NCBI GenBank assembly: GCA_028534125.1 | Contig: CM052817.1 | Span: 68,574,001-68,638,000 of the forward strand | Direction of reading: 5' to 3' | DNA length: 64,000 bases | Origin: Lama glama | Lineage: Eukaryota | Shown: positions 13,721 through 28,757 of the stretch, piece by piece | Layout: each line of letters opens with the position of its first letter | Numbering within the stretch: position 1 is the stretch's first letter | Notes under the pieces: model-generated | Databases searched by the model: none | What the model was told of the DNA's origin: nothing | The model's input: the letters and a program-made list of their open reading frames with translations, nothing else | Translations under genes and position numbers: made by a program

Positions 13721-14139
13721 TCTTAACATCAGTGTCCAACATTCAGTATTGGATGGCACTATGAAAAACCCAGCATTTCTTCCAAAATACCCTACCACTA
13801 TTTTCAGATTGCTTGTGAAATGACAAATGTACTGCTCTCATGGTTATTTCCTCTAGTACTAAAATGACACATCTACCAATACATATCAAGAACTTTTAGC
13901 AAGATTTTCTAGCACCACTTATACTTTCTTGGAATGTGACTTCATACTGTATCATTTACTACAAGGGAACAGAAATTGGAAGAAATTTTTGGCAAAAATA
14001 ACAATGCCTTCCTGCTGTGCTCTCTGTTCAAGAACTAAAGAGTTAGTATAAAGTTGTGGAAAAGAGGAAGAAAGGAGAAAGGAGAGGGAACTTACAAGGA
14101 CTGAATGTTACACATTATTTGCATTCTTAAAATATTAAA

Positions 14140-14500
14140 TGTGACACTTACTTGAAAAAATAGTTATGCATACTTGGTAGCAGGTTTTGTGTCATGTGCA
14201 TTATGTATATTATCTTTCATACTCTAACATTAAAGCAGAAATTACCTTTATTTTAGTGAAACTTTCATAATGTAGAGGAGCCTCTTTCCAGTGAGGTTAA
14301 AAACTTGCCCAAATTCACACAACTACTATATGCCAGAGCTGGGATGTGAACTCATATCTGTTTCACTCCACAGACCACTCTTTTCAGTGGCAGAACCATT
14401 CTGAAACTTTCCTGATTCACACAGGTAGTGAGTGGTAGAGCTAGGACTCAAACTCTTATGTCTTGACTCCAAAGACTGGGCTGTCTATCCACTATCATGT
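14140..14500 (-). mobile_element. MIR fragments
   Basis: gaggttaaaaacttgcccaaattcacacaact...agagctgggatgtgaactc, and a second cacacaggtagtgagtggtagagctaggactc. Confidence 0.6.
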
Positions 14501-14749
14501 TGTCTCTGAGCAATGAAAAGAGCTATTCTTCTTAGTCATAATATACATTTGACGTTGAAGGCTTACTTTACTTCTTAGGTAATTCCTTAATTGCTTTTGC
14601 TAATAAGGAAATCTGTATGATTGATATCTACCTCAATAATTTATAGAAAGACTCAAATGGGATGATTGCTTCATTTATTCTATCAATTGTAAAGCATGCC
14701 ATGATACAAAAAAGTGAGGAAAATTATATAATAATGATGATAATAACAT

Positions 14750-15000
14750 TAATAATAATAATCACCTACATAGCACTTCCTCTTTGCTGGCACTGCTCTA
14801 AATTTTTCAGATAAGCTGATTTATTCAGTACAACAACCTTGTGAGGTAAGTACTGTTATCACTTTCATATAATCAGGGTTAAAGAAACAGATACAAAGAG
14901 TTTAAGTCATGTCCCTAAGGTCACAAATTGTAAGTGGTAAAGCCAGGACCTAAAACCAGTTGATCTGGTTCCATACTCCATGCTCTTAACCACTAGGCTA
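14750..15000 (-). mobile_element. MIR SINE, near full length
   Basis: caacaaccttgtgaggtaagtactgttatc...cctaaggtcacaaattgtaagtggtaaagccagg...tgctcttaaccact. Confidence 0.8.
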
Positions 15001-15196
15001 TGGGTAGGGGAAAAAACCCACTAGGGTCTGTAGGAAAAAACCTAGAAAGGACAATTAACAGGGAAAAAACACTGATAATTTCTTCACCTAGGGGAGGGTC
15101 AACAGTCATCTGTTGCATTGGTGGTGTCCTGTAGTCATGTTGGTGCAGTCATCTTGATGTAAGTGAGAATGAAAATTGGTCCTCAGGCAGCTCATT

Positions 15197-15435
15197 CTTT
15201 GCAGATATAATCAAGTAAAGATCTGATCATACTGGAGTCGGGTGGGCCCTAATCCAATGACTGGAGTCCTTGTAAGAAGAGGATAATTTGGACACAGACA
15301 CAGGGGAGAATGACATGTGACCATGGAGGCAGAGGTTGCAGTTATTCTGCCACAAGCCACAGAACGCCAAGGACTGCCAACAACCACCAAGAAACTAAGG
15401 GAGAGGCGTGAAACAGATTCTCCTCTGAGCCCCTC
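15197..15435 (+). mobile_element. MLT1C-like MaLR LTR fragment
   Basis: ctttgcagatataatcaag...ggtgggccctaatccaatgactgg..ccttgtaagaagagg...gaggcagaggttgcag...aacagattctcc. Confidence 0.85.
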
Positions 15436-17776
15436 TCCCCAACAGAAAACACACAAAACTCCAGAAGCTTATTTTGTTCAGAAGGTTTTCAACTGGATAG
15501 TGTTTCCATCATATTGTCAACAGATGTTTTGAACAGTGAATATGCTAATCTGCTTCAACAAAGAATTTAAATGTGTTCTGACTGCTTACTTATGCTTTTA
15601 AACTCAGTTAATTGGGTATTTCAGCAAAGCAATTTAAAATTGAGTTCAAATTAATGATTAATCCTAACCTATCTTTATCTACAAAGTCTGTCTCAAGAAT
15701 TAAGGTGAAATACAGAGTTAGCCTATCTATTCTTTTTTTGTAGACTTAAGAAATGATGTTTTCTTTCTTTCAAATATATTTCAAGCTTAAGTCACATAAT
15801 ATTTTGCTTAGAAAAGGCATGTTCAGTGTGTTTGTTTATGTATTAATCTGGATTCATTTTTTAGGACTTCCCAGGACCACTTCCCAGTTCCTTCAAGCAT
15901 CAAATACAGTTAGGAGGCTCAACATGATGAAAAAAGGACATCTTTCAGATCTAATTAGGCAAGACATTCCAAATAAGTGCACTTTGATAAAAAATAAAAT
16001 GAAACACAGGTGTACTTAAGGGCTAAGTTTGCTTTGATACTCCCCCCCTTTTTAAGTCATATTTTTCTTACAAGCTCTTTTTTTCCCCAACAGGAATCAT
16101 ACAGTGACCAAGTAAGTTATGAACCAGAATAATGGCACTGAGGATAAAGGGAATCCACATCAATAGAGGGCTTCCTATTTTCAAAAGTAAGTAGTGTTTA
16201 CCTTTTCAACAAGTCAGTTCCAACAAACACATATTCTCACTTTCTGATTTCCAAAATAATAACTTTATTTTAATGGATAAGCAGAGTTACCACTAACCTG
16301 CCTACATAATATGAAAATAGATTCTTTTACCAGTGTATAACTGGAACATTTGTGTTCAAAACAGGAAAGGCATTAAATTTCTTTGACTTGAAAATGTACA
16401 ATCATTATTCCTAATATATATTTTTTAGACCAGACCAGAAAAATTCTTTTAACCCTAATCAATCATCCTCTGTTTACCTTGGCAAGTTAGGAATAACAGG
16501 AAAATATCTGTAGGGTACAGACAGTATTTGCAGTTTGTAAAACAAGCTTGTTTGTAACTGTTCAACACCAATAGGAAAAAAAAAGACAGATAACTTGATT
16601 TTCATAAAGAATCTCCTAGAAAAAAAATAACATAAGAGCTAAACTATTTGTTCATATAAGAAATAATTGACTTTAATTAAAGTTTGATTAGTTAGAAAGC
16701 TGATGGTGATACTTGTAATTTGGGGGGAAAGAAAGAGAGATTTTAAATAAATCTAATAATTTTTCTTATTATTTTCCCAAAAAGGATGAAGATTTTCAAC
16801 AACAGAGAAATGGTTAACAGATCCAGGTATAGATCATTGACTAAAAATAAAAACTGGTGTAGATAACAGGTTTCTTAGTCTTCTTGAGAGTACTTATTAA
16901 ATACATAATCTTAAAATACCTTTCTTTTATTCTTTGTTTGATTTTTAAGCAAATTTATCTCTTGGACAATTTTAAGTGTGTTCATTTTCAGCAACCACTC
17001 GTGCCTGCCTGAACATATGGAGAACAGCAATAAACTCATAGAAGGATTGGAGCCAATACAATGCTATTTGAAGAAAGCAGAATTTTTCTACCTGAAAACA
17101 TTTTGGTTTCTGCAAAAAGGTAGTTTAGTATTTGTCTTCCACAGATTGTTATATTCTATGCAACCATATTACTTTCATCTTTTCAGCTATAGCATCAAAG
17201 GTTAAACCATAGTTAAAATTCAGATTTCTACACTTCAGCATTCAACTCCTGGATTTATGAACTCCTCACTTGTGAATACAATACAGCTTAACTTATTATC
17301 ATGCATTGTATAACATGGAATTTCCCTGGAGTGTGATCTGCCCTCCCAAGAGGACAGTATTTTCTTTCCTCAAACTATCAGATTATTAGCATGCCGCTAT
17401 GGAGAGGAGAAAGCAAAGATCCATGTAAATTAGATTCTCAAACACCTTCCCAAGTGGCCTTTACTTACTCTCTATTTGCTGAAGATAAACGGGTCTATCC
17501 TAAGGAAAAAGACAAATATGTCATAACCCCCCTACCTCTTTTACCTTTTTGGTGGCATCAATGACATGAATGTAAATGACAGTGAGCTAGTATGACCCAG
17601 TTTTCTGTTTTCAATGCTGGGCCAGCAGAAGAGGTAGTATACAAGGGAGAGAATTCAGAGAGGGATGATGTGGTTCAACTAGAAGAGATTCTGAAGGCCT
17701 AAATGATCATTTTTCCAAACTGTTTTAAGAATGTCTCATTATCCTGTAATTACATTTCACTTAGTGATTCCATTTA

Positions 17777-17977
<201 letters not shown>

Positions 17978-18958
17978 TTAATTAAAATTAAAAAAACAAA
18001 ATAAAAATTAAAACAACTATAAGCTGCTTTACTAGACATATGACAATTTTTTATGGCCAAAACTATTAAAAAGCAAATACTATCAAACTGTTTTTATAAA
18101 ATGTTTACTTGGCTTTGTAGATTTAATGAGTCCTAAGACATCTTAAAAAACTGACAATCAGATTGATCGAATAGATGACATTTTCTAATCTCTATTAATC
18201 TTAGTATAGTTGTTCAGATTCAGTCTATTAATTCCTAGAATTTTCCAGTTATATTATTCTCATAAATTTTTTAATTAGAAGAATTACAGTATTGTTATAG
18301 ATTCAGTATTATTATATTTTTATTATACACTCTAAACATTGCTTTTTCAAATTCTCATCAAAAAATCTGATTAACAATTTTCTATTTTTGCAACTCTCCT
18401 TTTTCCATTTCCGTTTTTAATAATAATCTTAACATCTTTTTAGGTCAGTGCATACAGACCTACTTCAAATATTGTATTCCACTTATCATATGTACATATT
18501 TAAGCAGGATATCCACCATACTAATATCTGTAACTGATTAAAAGTATTACACATTCACATAAACTTTAATTTCTAGAGAAATTCTAGTATAAGAAATAAA
18601 AGCATTACTTATTAGACAATCTCTAAAAATTGAGTCTGATTTGATTGTAAAAGTTGCCTTTGAAAACTTTATGTAAATACTATAGTTAATACTAATTTAT
18701 TTTTCAATAGAGGGCAGAGATTTTGTGAATGTCATGGCACGTAAGAAAGGTTTTCATTCTAGAGAACACTCGTTTTGGTATTTAGCAGTCAGAACAATCA
18801 CAACTTCTTTTTTACCCAACCCTGTAACCTTAGAATTACATAAGGATGCTTATATAATTAAATCTGCTTAATATTATTGTAACTATAATGTACTGGGGAA
18901 GAATGGAGCTGTCTTTTTGATAATACAATATCAAAAGACAAGGGAAGATGATACTTAC

Positions 18959-18995
18959 GAGTAAACATGGTGAGAAACCAAGGGATGGCATAGAG
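18959..18995 (-). CDS. TBCK: TBCK coding exon (~exon 21): LYAIPWFLTMFT
   Basis: 37 nt; acceptor cccatag|CT, donor CTC|gtaagt; TBC WFLT.F motif. Confidence 0.96.
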
Positions 18996-19739
18996 CTATG
19001 GGTGGAAAAAGAAAGGGATGCAGGGGACGAACAAAGAAGAAATAAAAGAGATAATTAGAATGACTACCAATAAACTGAATGGTAAAAAAAACAGCTCTAT
19101 GTTTTGGTCTACTCTACTGATTAAAACAGAAGAGAATGTTGATAATTATAGTTATTAATGCAAATACCCAATTAAATAATGATATCTATCACAAATGCTG
19201 CAGAAGACCCTTTTGCCAAGGTTTATGGCACAGAATATCTTCATTTCATCAGAGGATACACTCAAGACAAGGCCTAACCCAAATACAATGCTAGCATGCT
19301 AATTTCAAGGGTGTACTTTTCAGAGGAGAACTCTTCTTCTCACGAACAAAATATTGAGATTTGAATAGTCCTCATTAGTGCTGAGTTACATTTACTGAAT
19401 ATTTTTTTGAGACATGATGAGATGATATTTGAAAAATGTCCGAAATGTCTCATTAAAGGATATTAGAAACATAAGCTTTCTATTACCACTTTATAAATTA
19501 ATGGGAAGTTTCTTAAAGTAATGAGATCTAGGAATGAAATAATTTGGTTCTTTAGCTGAGTGACAAATTTATTTTCCTAAGTTTACTATTTAGAAATGAA
19601 ACACAAACTTTTAATTAATGTTGTGAAATTCTGAAAGTGAGAAGTCATTCTTAATTTCTAAAAGTAGAGTAAAATCTCCTTTAAGAGCAAGTATCAATAA
19701 CCAATAATAATTTATAGAAAAATCTGAAAAAGCTCTAAT

Positions 19740-20403
19740 TTAAAAAAAATTTAAGTATTGTCAGTTTACAGTGTGTCCATTTCTGGTGTACAGCATAGTG
19801 TTTCAGCCATACATATACATACATATACTCCTTCTCATAACAGGTTACTACAAGATATTGAATACAGTTTCCTGTGCTATAAAGTAGAAACCTGTTATCT
19901 ATTTTATATATAGCATTTAGCATCTGCAAATCTCAAACTCTCAATTTATCCCTTCCCACTCCACTTCCCCTCCGGTAACCATATTTGTTTTCTATGTCTG
20001 TGAGTCTGTTTCTGTTTGGTAAATAATTTCATTTGTGTATTTTTTCCCACATATGAGTGATACCATATAGCATTTTTCTTTCTCTTTCTGGCTGGCTTAC
20101 TTCACTTAGAATGATGATCTCCAGGTCCATCCAAGTTGCTGCAAATGGCATTATCTTATCCTTCTTATGGCTGAGTAGTATTCCATTGTATAAACATACC
20201 ACAACTTCTTTAGCCATCATCTATTGATGGACATTTAGGTTGTTTCCATGTCTTGGTTATTATAAATAGTGCTGCTGTGAACATTGGGATGCATGCATCT
20301 TTTTGAATTAGAGTTCCCTCCAGATATATGCCCAGGAGCGGGATTGCTGGATCATATAAGTCTATTTTTAGTTTTTTGAGGAATCTCCATACTGTTTTCC
20401 ATA
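19740..20403 (-). mobile_element. L1 3' end (ORF2 C-terminus + 3' UTR), relatively young family
   Basis: ORF 20029..20220 contains IMPFAATWMDLEIIILSEVSQ; typical L1 3' UTR. Confidence 0.92.
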
Positions 20404-22565
20404 ATTTTATTTTATGTTTTATGTCAATGCAGTCTCCTATTAGACAAAGACTTTTGTATTACTTATAGGGTTTAAATAAATATTTTTTGGCACCTATCAA
20501 TTGTGAATTTATGACTAGAGTTGTATATTTCTTTGCATTGCACACAGTTGAGTATCTATGCTATTAAATGTGAGTCAAGAACCATAAGTAGTTATACACT
20601 ACATTAAAATCTAAATACTGTAAATGAAATAAAGCTCATTGCTCTCCACAAGATCATTATTTATATACACTGGCACATATACATTACAATTGGGAAAACT
20701 GAGGAGTACAGAGGTATGTGACTTCACTGTAGAGTATGGATTGTCAAAACAATAAAATATAACAAAATATGAACTCCTCAGGCTAATTTAATTTTAAAAA
20801 TACAGTCAATAGACATGTTACATCACTATTATTCAACTTTTCTTTCTTTTAAGGAGATGATGTAAAATATATTACCCTCTACCCTTCTGATCAAAGTCAA
20901 TTGTTCATCATTAGGAATCTTATCTGAGTTACTTCAACAACAAACTAACCATCTCTTTTCCCACCTACTAGAAGAGCACATGTATCAGGAAATTGTACAA
21001 AGTAAGGAAGAACCACTTGAAAGGATCAAGGGGGAAAACACACTAGGCTCACACAAAAGCAGGCATAGCTCATCTTACCACCAGCTAGAATTTTTAAAAA
21101 CACTGTAATAAACAAGGGATCAGTTAGAGTAATCAAAAGGATATTGCCTTAGTAATGGGGCAAAATTATCCTCCCATATTATGCTGCTCTGGTCTCACTT
21201 AACAACTCTTAAAAGCAAGCCTTGAAATGATCAAACCGTTTCAATGTTACTTAGCTGCATCTCAAAATAAAGCTCAAGAATATTTACAGGAACATAAAAA
21301 TACCCAGTCTCCAACAAGGTAAAATTATCCATGACTAAAATCCAATAAAAAATACCAGCAGTGTAAAGTAGTAGGGAAAAAAATGATCATAATGAGGAGA
21401 AAAATCATTCAATCAAAACGGACACAGAGGTGACATATATGCTTGTAATAGCAGGCCAAGATATTAAAACACCTTTTATATATATACTCTACATGCTCAA
21501 AAGCTAATAGAGCATTGAACATGTTAAGTTGAGACACAGCAGATATAAAAAAAGAACAAAAAAAAATTCTTCTAGAGATGAAAAATACAATGTTTGAGAC
21601 AAAAATTACACTGAATGGGCTTATGAGCAGATTAGATGTCGCAGAATAAAAGATTAGTAAACTTGAAAACATGGCAATAGAAAGTATCCAAAATGAAACA
21701 GGGACAGAGGGAAAAAGGAAAAAAAAAAAAAACCCAAATCAAATCATGTCCTAAGCATCAGTGTGTAACTTCAACAGCCTGAATATATATGTTACTGAAC
21801 ACTTCAAGAGAGAGAAGATGAGAGGGGACAGAAAGAATATTTGAAGATATAACAGCCAAACATTTTCTAAAAATGATGAAAATTGTAAACTGATAGATTA
21901 AACAATCTCAAGAACCCAAAGCACATGAAATATGAAGAAAACTATACCAAGGTACATCACACTCAGATTTCTCAAAATCAGTGGTGAGGAGAAAAATCTT
22001 ACACCACAGCCGGAGAAAAAAGACACATTATGTAATAGTGTCAATGAGAAGAATTTTTTCCTGTCAAAAACAGGGCACAAAAATGACAGTGGAGCAGTAT
22101 TTTTGAAGTATTAAAAAAATAAAACCCTATCAACTTATAATTGTATGCCCAGCAAAAATGTCTTTCAGAGACAAAGGTGAAACAGAGTCTCACACACACA
22201 GAAGCTGAAAGAATTCATCACCAGCAATCCTGCACTATGAGAAATGCTGAAATCAGTCTTTCAGGCAGAAGGAAAATTATACCTGATGGAAATCTGGATC
22301 CATACAGAAGAATGAAGAGACTCAGGATTATAAATACATATTTAAATATTAAAAAAACTTTTATTTAAAATTTTTAAAAATAATTGACTAAAGCAAAAAT
22401 AATAATTTATTTTGGAGTTTGTATGTAGAAATAAAAGGTAGGACAGCAATAATACAAATGCTGGGAGGTGAAATGAAGGTATATGTTGTATTTATACCAC
22501 ATATGAAGTGGTATAATAGTACTTAAAAGCAGATTGTTAATAAGTTAAAAAACATAATGTAAATT

Positions 22566-22767
22566 AGAATTTTTTAACCTCAGAATTATTTACATTTTGG
22601 ATTGGATAATCTTTCGTGGGGGAAGGGTTGTACTTTGCATTTTAAGATTATTGCAGCAACTCAGCCTCTTAACTAGATGTCAGTAGTTCTTGCTCACTTT
22701 TGTCAAAAATGTCTCAGACATTGCCAAAAATCCCAAGAGGAAAACTGCCCCTTGTTGAGGACCACTG
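22566..22767 (-). mobile_element. MER20 hAT-Charlie element
   Basis: aaaaatgtctcagacattgccaaa...ccttgttgaggaccactg matches reverse MER20. Confidence 0.8.
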
Positions 22768-22820
22768 TATAAATCTTTAAAAAACCAACAGGAAAACAAC
22801 AAAGGAGATAAGTGCGTGTG

Positions 22821-22863
<43 letters not shown>
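22821..22863. repeat. (CA)n microsatellite
   Basis: About 20 CA units, directly visible. Confidence 0.97.
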
Positions 22864-22866
<3 letters not shown>

Positions 22867-22991
22867 AATCTAACAAATCCAAAGGCAGATAAAAAGGAAA
22901 AAGAGAACAAAAAAGTGATAGAACAAATAGAATAAAAATAACAAACTGGTAGGTTTAAAGGCAACCATATTGATAATCACAAAATAAGTCT

Positions 22992-23215
22992 TGTGATGGT
23001 TAATTTTATTTGTCAACTTGACTGACATGGGATGCCCAGATATTTAAACCTTACTCTGGGTTTGTCTTTGAGGGTGTTGCTGGATGAGATCAACATGAAA
23101 ATCAGTATACTTAGTAAGACAGAGTGCCCTCCCTAATGTGAGTAGGCCTCATGGAATTCATTGGAGCTCTGAATAGAACAAAACGTGGAGCAAGTGAGAA
23201 CTGACTCTATGCCTG
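22992..23215 (+). mobile_element. MLT2 (ERVL) LTR 5' part
   Basis: tgtgatggttaattttatttgtcaacttgactg...gccctccctaatgtgagtaggcctcat. Confidence 0.85.
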
Positions 23216-23319
23216 AAAGGTTAAGCAGTGAATGAAGCATAGTTCCAGCCTATAAGGAGCTTACAGTTCATTAAGAACAACAGCTATTCATTTAATATCT
23301 TCTTGATCTCTGCAATTAG

Positions 23320-24660
23320 ATTCTTGTCTCCACCTCACCACCAAAACTGCTCTTATCTTGGTCACCAAAGATCTCCGTGTTGCTAAATCTAACGGCCTAT
23401 TCTCATTCTCATTCTTTAACAATCAGCAGGGTTTGACGTAATTGACTACACTCATCTCCTCAAAACAAGTCCCCTCCCCAGAAATCACATTCATCTAGTT
23501 TCCTGACTTCTCCTTCTCCATATCCTTTGTTGGTTCTTATTTATCTCTCTGACTTAAATATTGGCATGCCCTAGGTTCAGTGTTTAGAACTTTTGTCTTT
23601 TCTATTTTTCTCCAAATGATGTGAGGACTCATTTATAGCTCTATCCAAGACCTCCTCCCCAAATTCCAAACTTTTGTGTCCAAATGCCTATTTCACATTT
23701 CCACATGTACATCTGATAGACATCAATAACATGTCCCAAACTGAGCTCCTAAAACTTCTTCCAAAAACTGTGCCTCCACATACAGTCTTCCAAATATTAA
23801 GCTAAGAGAACTGCCATTCTTCCAATTGATCAGGTAAAAAAAAAATTCTGGAATTATTTTAAACTCCTCTTTCTCTCACATTGTATAACTATCACCAGCA
23901 GTCCTGCTGGCTACATTTTTAAATGTATTCAGAATATGAAAACTTCTTACCACCACTACAGCTAATTTCCTGATTCAAGCCACCGTTATCTCTTATCAAG
24001 ATTATTACAATAGCCACGTAATGGAGTCTTCTAGATTCCATCCTTGTCCCTCCTTGGGTTTCTCTTACAATAGCAGGCAGAATGATCTTGTCAAAATGTT
24101 TATATCAGAACATGTAACACCTAGTGGATTTCCACTATTGACAATAAATGCTGAAGTCCTATGACCTGTAAGATTCTGTGTACTCCGGCCCGCCAGTTAC
24201 CTCTTTGACCCTCATCTCCCTGTTCACTGTGCTCCAGTCACGCTGGTCTCCTGGCTGCTCCTTTGATGTCCCTGGCATGCTTTCACCTCAGGGCTGTAGC
24301 TCTTGCTGTTGCTTCTGCTTGGATTGCTCTTTCCCACAGTTCCTTACAGCATTTATTCAAAAATCACCTTTTCTGTGAGACTTTCCCTGGCTACCTTACT
24401 TAAATATTCACTTTCTCCTTTACCTGAATATTTAACCTCCATGTCCCTGCTATAGTTTAATTTTTTTTTCTTTAGTATTTACCACTACCTAACATATCAC
24501 ATAGTATATTTATCTCCTTTATTGTCCACCTCCCATGAGAATATAAGTTCAATGAGGGCAGATATTTTGTCTGTTCGTTTTTTTTTTCATTGATGTACCC
24601 AGGGCCTAGGAAAATGCCCAGTACATAATAGGCATTTAATTATTTGTTAAAAGAATGAAA
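23320..24660 (+). mobile_element. L2a-like LINE 3' ~1.3 kb
   Basis: aaaactgctcttatcttggtcaccaaagatctc resembles RT motif STETAL.KVTNDL; ends with cagtacataataggc...tatttgttaaaagaatgaa. Confidence 0.85.
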
Positions 24661-26204
24661 TATGTAATGAAGACAATTGAAAGGGATGGATTAAAGGGTC
24701 AAATAGTCACAAGATAATGCAATTTCTTGAGAAGTTTTTAATAAATATGAGATAATGAAAAAATTAGTTACTCTTTCTTGGTGTATACATATATATATAT
24801 GTGTGTATATATATATCTCTCCTTCATATTAAATAATGGAGAGTACTGAAAAAACTTCAAATTTTGAATTATATAAGTATACTTTGACAACAATTATGAA
24901 AACAGTAGAAATAAGTGAAATGAAGCACATTCTATTGGATATTTGAAAAGTAATGATTCAAGTTGAATACATTTCTTTAATATAATATGTAACAACTCCT
25001 AGGTGCTCACCAGTACCAGTTGTCTCTTACAAGATAAATTAAAGTCAGGTAAATAAATAGGTAATATATTATGTGAGATTATAATGTTTGTTATTTATTA
25101 TTTCTATATTTCTCCCTTTTAAAATTTTAACTGATATTTTCATCTTAAATAATTTCTTAGCATGTTGGTATATATTCATAATACAATCTGATACACAAAA
25201 AGACAGCAAAATAGAATAATTTTGAATACTAGGGTGGTTCAGGTTTCAATTTTTAAAATGACAATTATATAATGAAACATTTTATTACAAATATAAAAAT
25301 ATATAAAATTAGTCTTATTAAGTTAGAGATATTATTATCTATTTCCTGATTTAAAGTTGGAAACAAACCCAATGAAAAGAAATCATACGTTCTTTTAACT
25401 ATTTTCTCCAGATCACGAAACTATATACTCTTGATGTGACCTAGTACTATTCTGCTAAAAGAGTCAGCTGAGTAAATACTGCCCCCTAGCAATGTCAAGA
25501 AAGAATAAACGATATTTACCGTTTCATGAGATCTTTTCATATGGTCTGCTAATGTCTAAATTAGAAATATCAGTAGAAAAAACAAAAGCAGGGGCTCATT
25601 AACCTGATTTTGAATAGTGGAAAATTACAGCTGAAAAACCTGTAAGTGTATAAAAATGAAAAATATTAAGAAACTAAATATTTCTTTTAATAAACTTTAG
25701 ATGAATCTTTCATCAAATGGATTTTTTATTTACAAATATATTGTGTTCTCTCTCTATACATATATAATAATAATTATTATTAATACAAAAGGAAGTCCTT
25801 CCTAATTGATTTTCTTAATCTATCTTCTTATTAGCATATTTTCTGTTTACCTCAAGTCAGAAGTATTTTTATATTTAAGTAACTGTAAGCCATCTCTGTA
25901 AAATACATGTTGACCATTAGCTGGATGTCTTGTAATGATTCTCCGTATTAGCAGAATGTATATATGTCCATTCAAGAAAAGGATGCTTGAAATACAGCAA
26001 GTTTTCAAAGCAGTAAACTATCATATATTTTCTTGAAACTCTGAAATTCTGGACTTTGTGATCTGGTAGTTCTATATCTCTTTGAACCTTTAGGATAGCT
26101 GAGATTAGTTAATGGCTCTAAAATACTTGGCAAAAGATGTGGCATATATCAGATATCTTCACAGGAATCACAATTATCATTCTTAGCAACAGTCCAAAAG
26201 CTTT

Positions 26205-26640
26205 TATAACATTTTTCCCCATGATGAGAACTCTTAGGATTTACTCTCTTAACAACTTTCATATGTAACATACAATAGTATTAATTACATTTATCATGTT
26301 GTATATTACATCCCTAGTACTTATTTACCTTATAGCTAGAAGTTAATACCTTCTGCCTATCTTCAGCCAGTTACCCCTTTCTCCTGTCCTCTACCTCTGG
26401 TAACCACACATCTAATCTCCTTTTCTATGAGTTTGTTTGTTTTTGAAGTATAATTCACCTACAACACTATGTTAGTTCCCAGTGTACAACATAGTGATTT
26501 GACATTTCTATACATTTCAAAATGACCACCGTGATAAGTCTAGTTACCATTTGTTACCATACAAAGATATCATATTATTATTTACTATATTTGACATACT
26601 GTGCATTTCATACTTGTGACTCATTTATTTTGTAACTAGA
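26205..26640 (-). mobile_element. L1MA9-like 3' UTR fragment
   Basis: gagaactcttaggatttactctcttaacaactttc...ctctggtaaccac...gtgtacaacatagtgatt. Confidence 0.8.
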
Positions 26641-27514
26641 ATTATTCAAAAATGACTTAAACAAACAAAAATAATTTAAAAGGTCCATTGGATCCAGATG
26701 GTAAAATGGATGTTAATTTTTTTTCCCTTGTATACCAAAGGTTAAATTAGTTACATCTTTTGCAAGTAATGATTTCCCTAATACTAAAAAAAATAAAAAA
26801 TAAAAAAATAAAAAAGTAATTGACTTACAAGATAAATTATTGAACTGAAAAACTATAAAGTAGAAATTAATAATAAAATTACTTGGACAATTTAATATTT
26901 CTGAAATCCACATTATCATTTTTGGGAATGATCAGCTATACAACCAGAGTACTTTCAATTAACTCACTGAGTACTAAACAAAACTTTAAGAAGTTTTCAA
27001 ACAATTAATTTACTTTAAGTAAAAGGCTACAAAGCATGCTATGCAGTATGCAGCACTTTCTAGGAGACAGAAAAGCACCTTAAAACCAAGCAAATAAAAA
27101 AGGTTAAAATTTAAAGTGGTGAATGGCAATCTCACCAGCTCAAACAAGAAAGACTTTATCGTTGTTAACATCATATTTCCTCCACCAAAGTAGTTGTTAA
27201 CTGATGCACTGAAATAATATATCCATTATAGTTTGCCATAAAATGCTTTTCTAAATGTAAATCATACTAATATAACCAAAGAAATAGTGCAACGTGATCA
27301 GATTCTAATAAGTAAAATAAGAAACCAATAATGGTGTTGAACAGTATATACGTATTAACTCATTTAATCATCACAATAATCTTATGAGGTAAAATTTATT
27401 ATAATCAACATTAACAGTAAGGAGATTGTGGATAATAGAAACTAACTTAAGTATTCAGTTAGTAAGTTGAAGAATCAGGATTAGATCCCTGGCCCACTGA
27501 CACCAGTGTCTGAG

Positions 27515-28741
27515 TGTTTATTCTTAATACCAGTCACAGACTCCTGGGGATTGTCAAGGCCCTTCAGGGCCCCAAAGTTCAAAGCTATTTTCATAACAAT
27601 ACTAAGATGTTTCTGCTCTTTACTATGTTAACATTTGTGGTAATGATGTAAAACTACTGGTGGATAAACCTGCTGGCACAAATCAAGGTACTGGCACTAA
27701 AGAATAATAGCTATACTCTCATAAAGGAGTAAAAATGATTAATTTTGTTAAATATCTTTTTAAATGTTCCATGAGACAAAATGGGAAGTATGCATAAAGC
27801 GCTTGTACTGCATACTGAAGTACAAAGACTGTCTTGAGAAAAAGCATTTGGACAATTGTTTGAACTGTGAGTCAGTGTAGTGCTTTTTAAAAAGAAATGT
27901 CACTTTTTACTTGAAAGAATGACATAAAAACAGTATTTTGTTTTCAGGCTTGGATATTTGGCAGACATTTCTTAAAAATGAATTGAGTCTGAAAGTTCAA
28001 GAAAAGATTCTAGCTGTCAGGTGAAGATTAGAATTTTAGAAAACTTGTATTTGCCCCTATGAGCCTGGCAGTTCCCCAGTATTTAATGGCTTTTTGGATG
28101 AGATCAGTGGCGCTATTAATGAATGTGATTTTTTGATATTGTATAATGAAATGTTTCATAGTTGAAAGATCCGCATAATTCAGCGCATCAATACTTTCCA
28201 AATGAGCAGTGCATGACATTGCAAAATCACATATAGGTAAAAGAGCCATGCAAAGTGCAAGACAGACTGATGGATTTAATTATAACAGAGGAAAGCTCAC
28301 TGATACAGCTTTAGATTATACATTGCAGTTAAACTTTAAGAAAGTACCACTGTCTGAAAAGGCCCTTTGCCATTACACACCTTTGTAGGGCCACCAGATT
28401 TTCTTCATGTACTTCAACCGAAACAATGTATTGCAACAGAATTGAATTTAGAAGCAGACATGAGAATCTAGCTTTTCTCTATTAAATAGAAATTGCAAAA
28501 ATATAAAACAATATCATTTTTCAATTTTTTTGTTTCAAAAAACACTTAGTTTTCAGAAAAACGTTATTTTGTTAACATCCAATGGTATTATTATTGTCAT
28601 TTTTAAATAAATTAATACATAATTTTTTAAAACGGTCTCAGCAAATATCGATAGCTATAACACACATAAAAACTCTTTGGGATACTTGATAATTTTTTAA
28701 AATGTAAGAGGTCCTGAGACTAGAAACTTTAAGAACTGCTG
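27515..28741 (+). mobile_element. Charlie1a-like hAT DNA transposon (internally deleted)
   Basis: aaagctattttcataacaatactaagatg near the 5' end; gaggtcctgagactagaaactttaagaactgctg at the 3' terminus. Confidence 0.75.
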
Positions 28742-28757
28742 CATCATGCTATACTTC

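Larger units (their letters stand above)
20990..22980 (+). mobile_element. Old L1M 5'/ORF1 fragment (interrupted by MER20 and a (CA)n)
   Basis: KTIPRYITLRFLK and tatgcccagcaaaaatgtctttc resemble L1 ORF1 TPRHII.K and YPAK.SF. Confidence 0.75.
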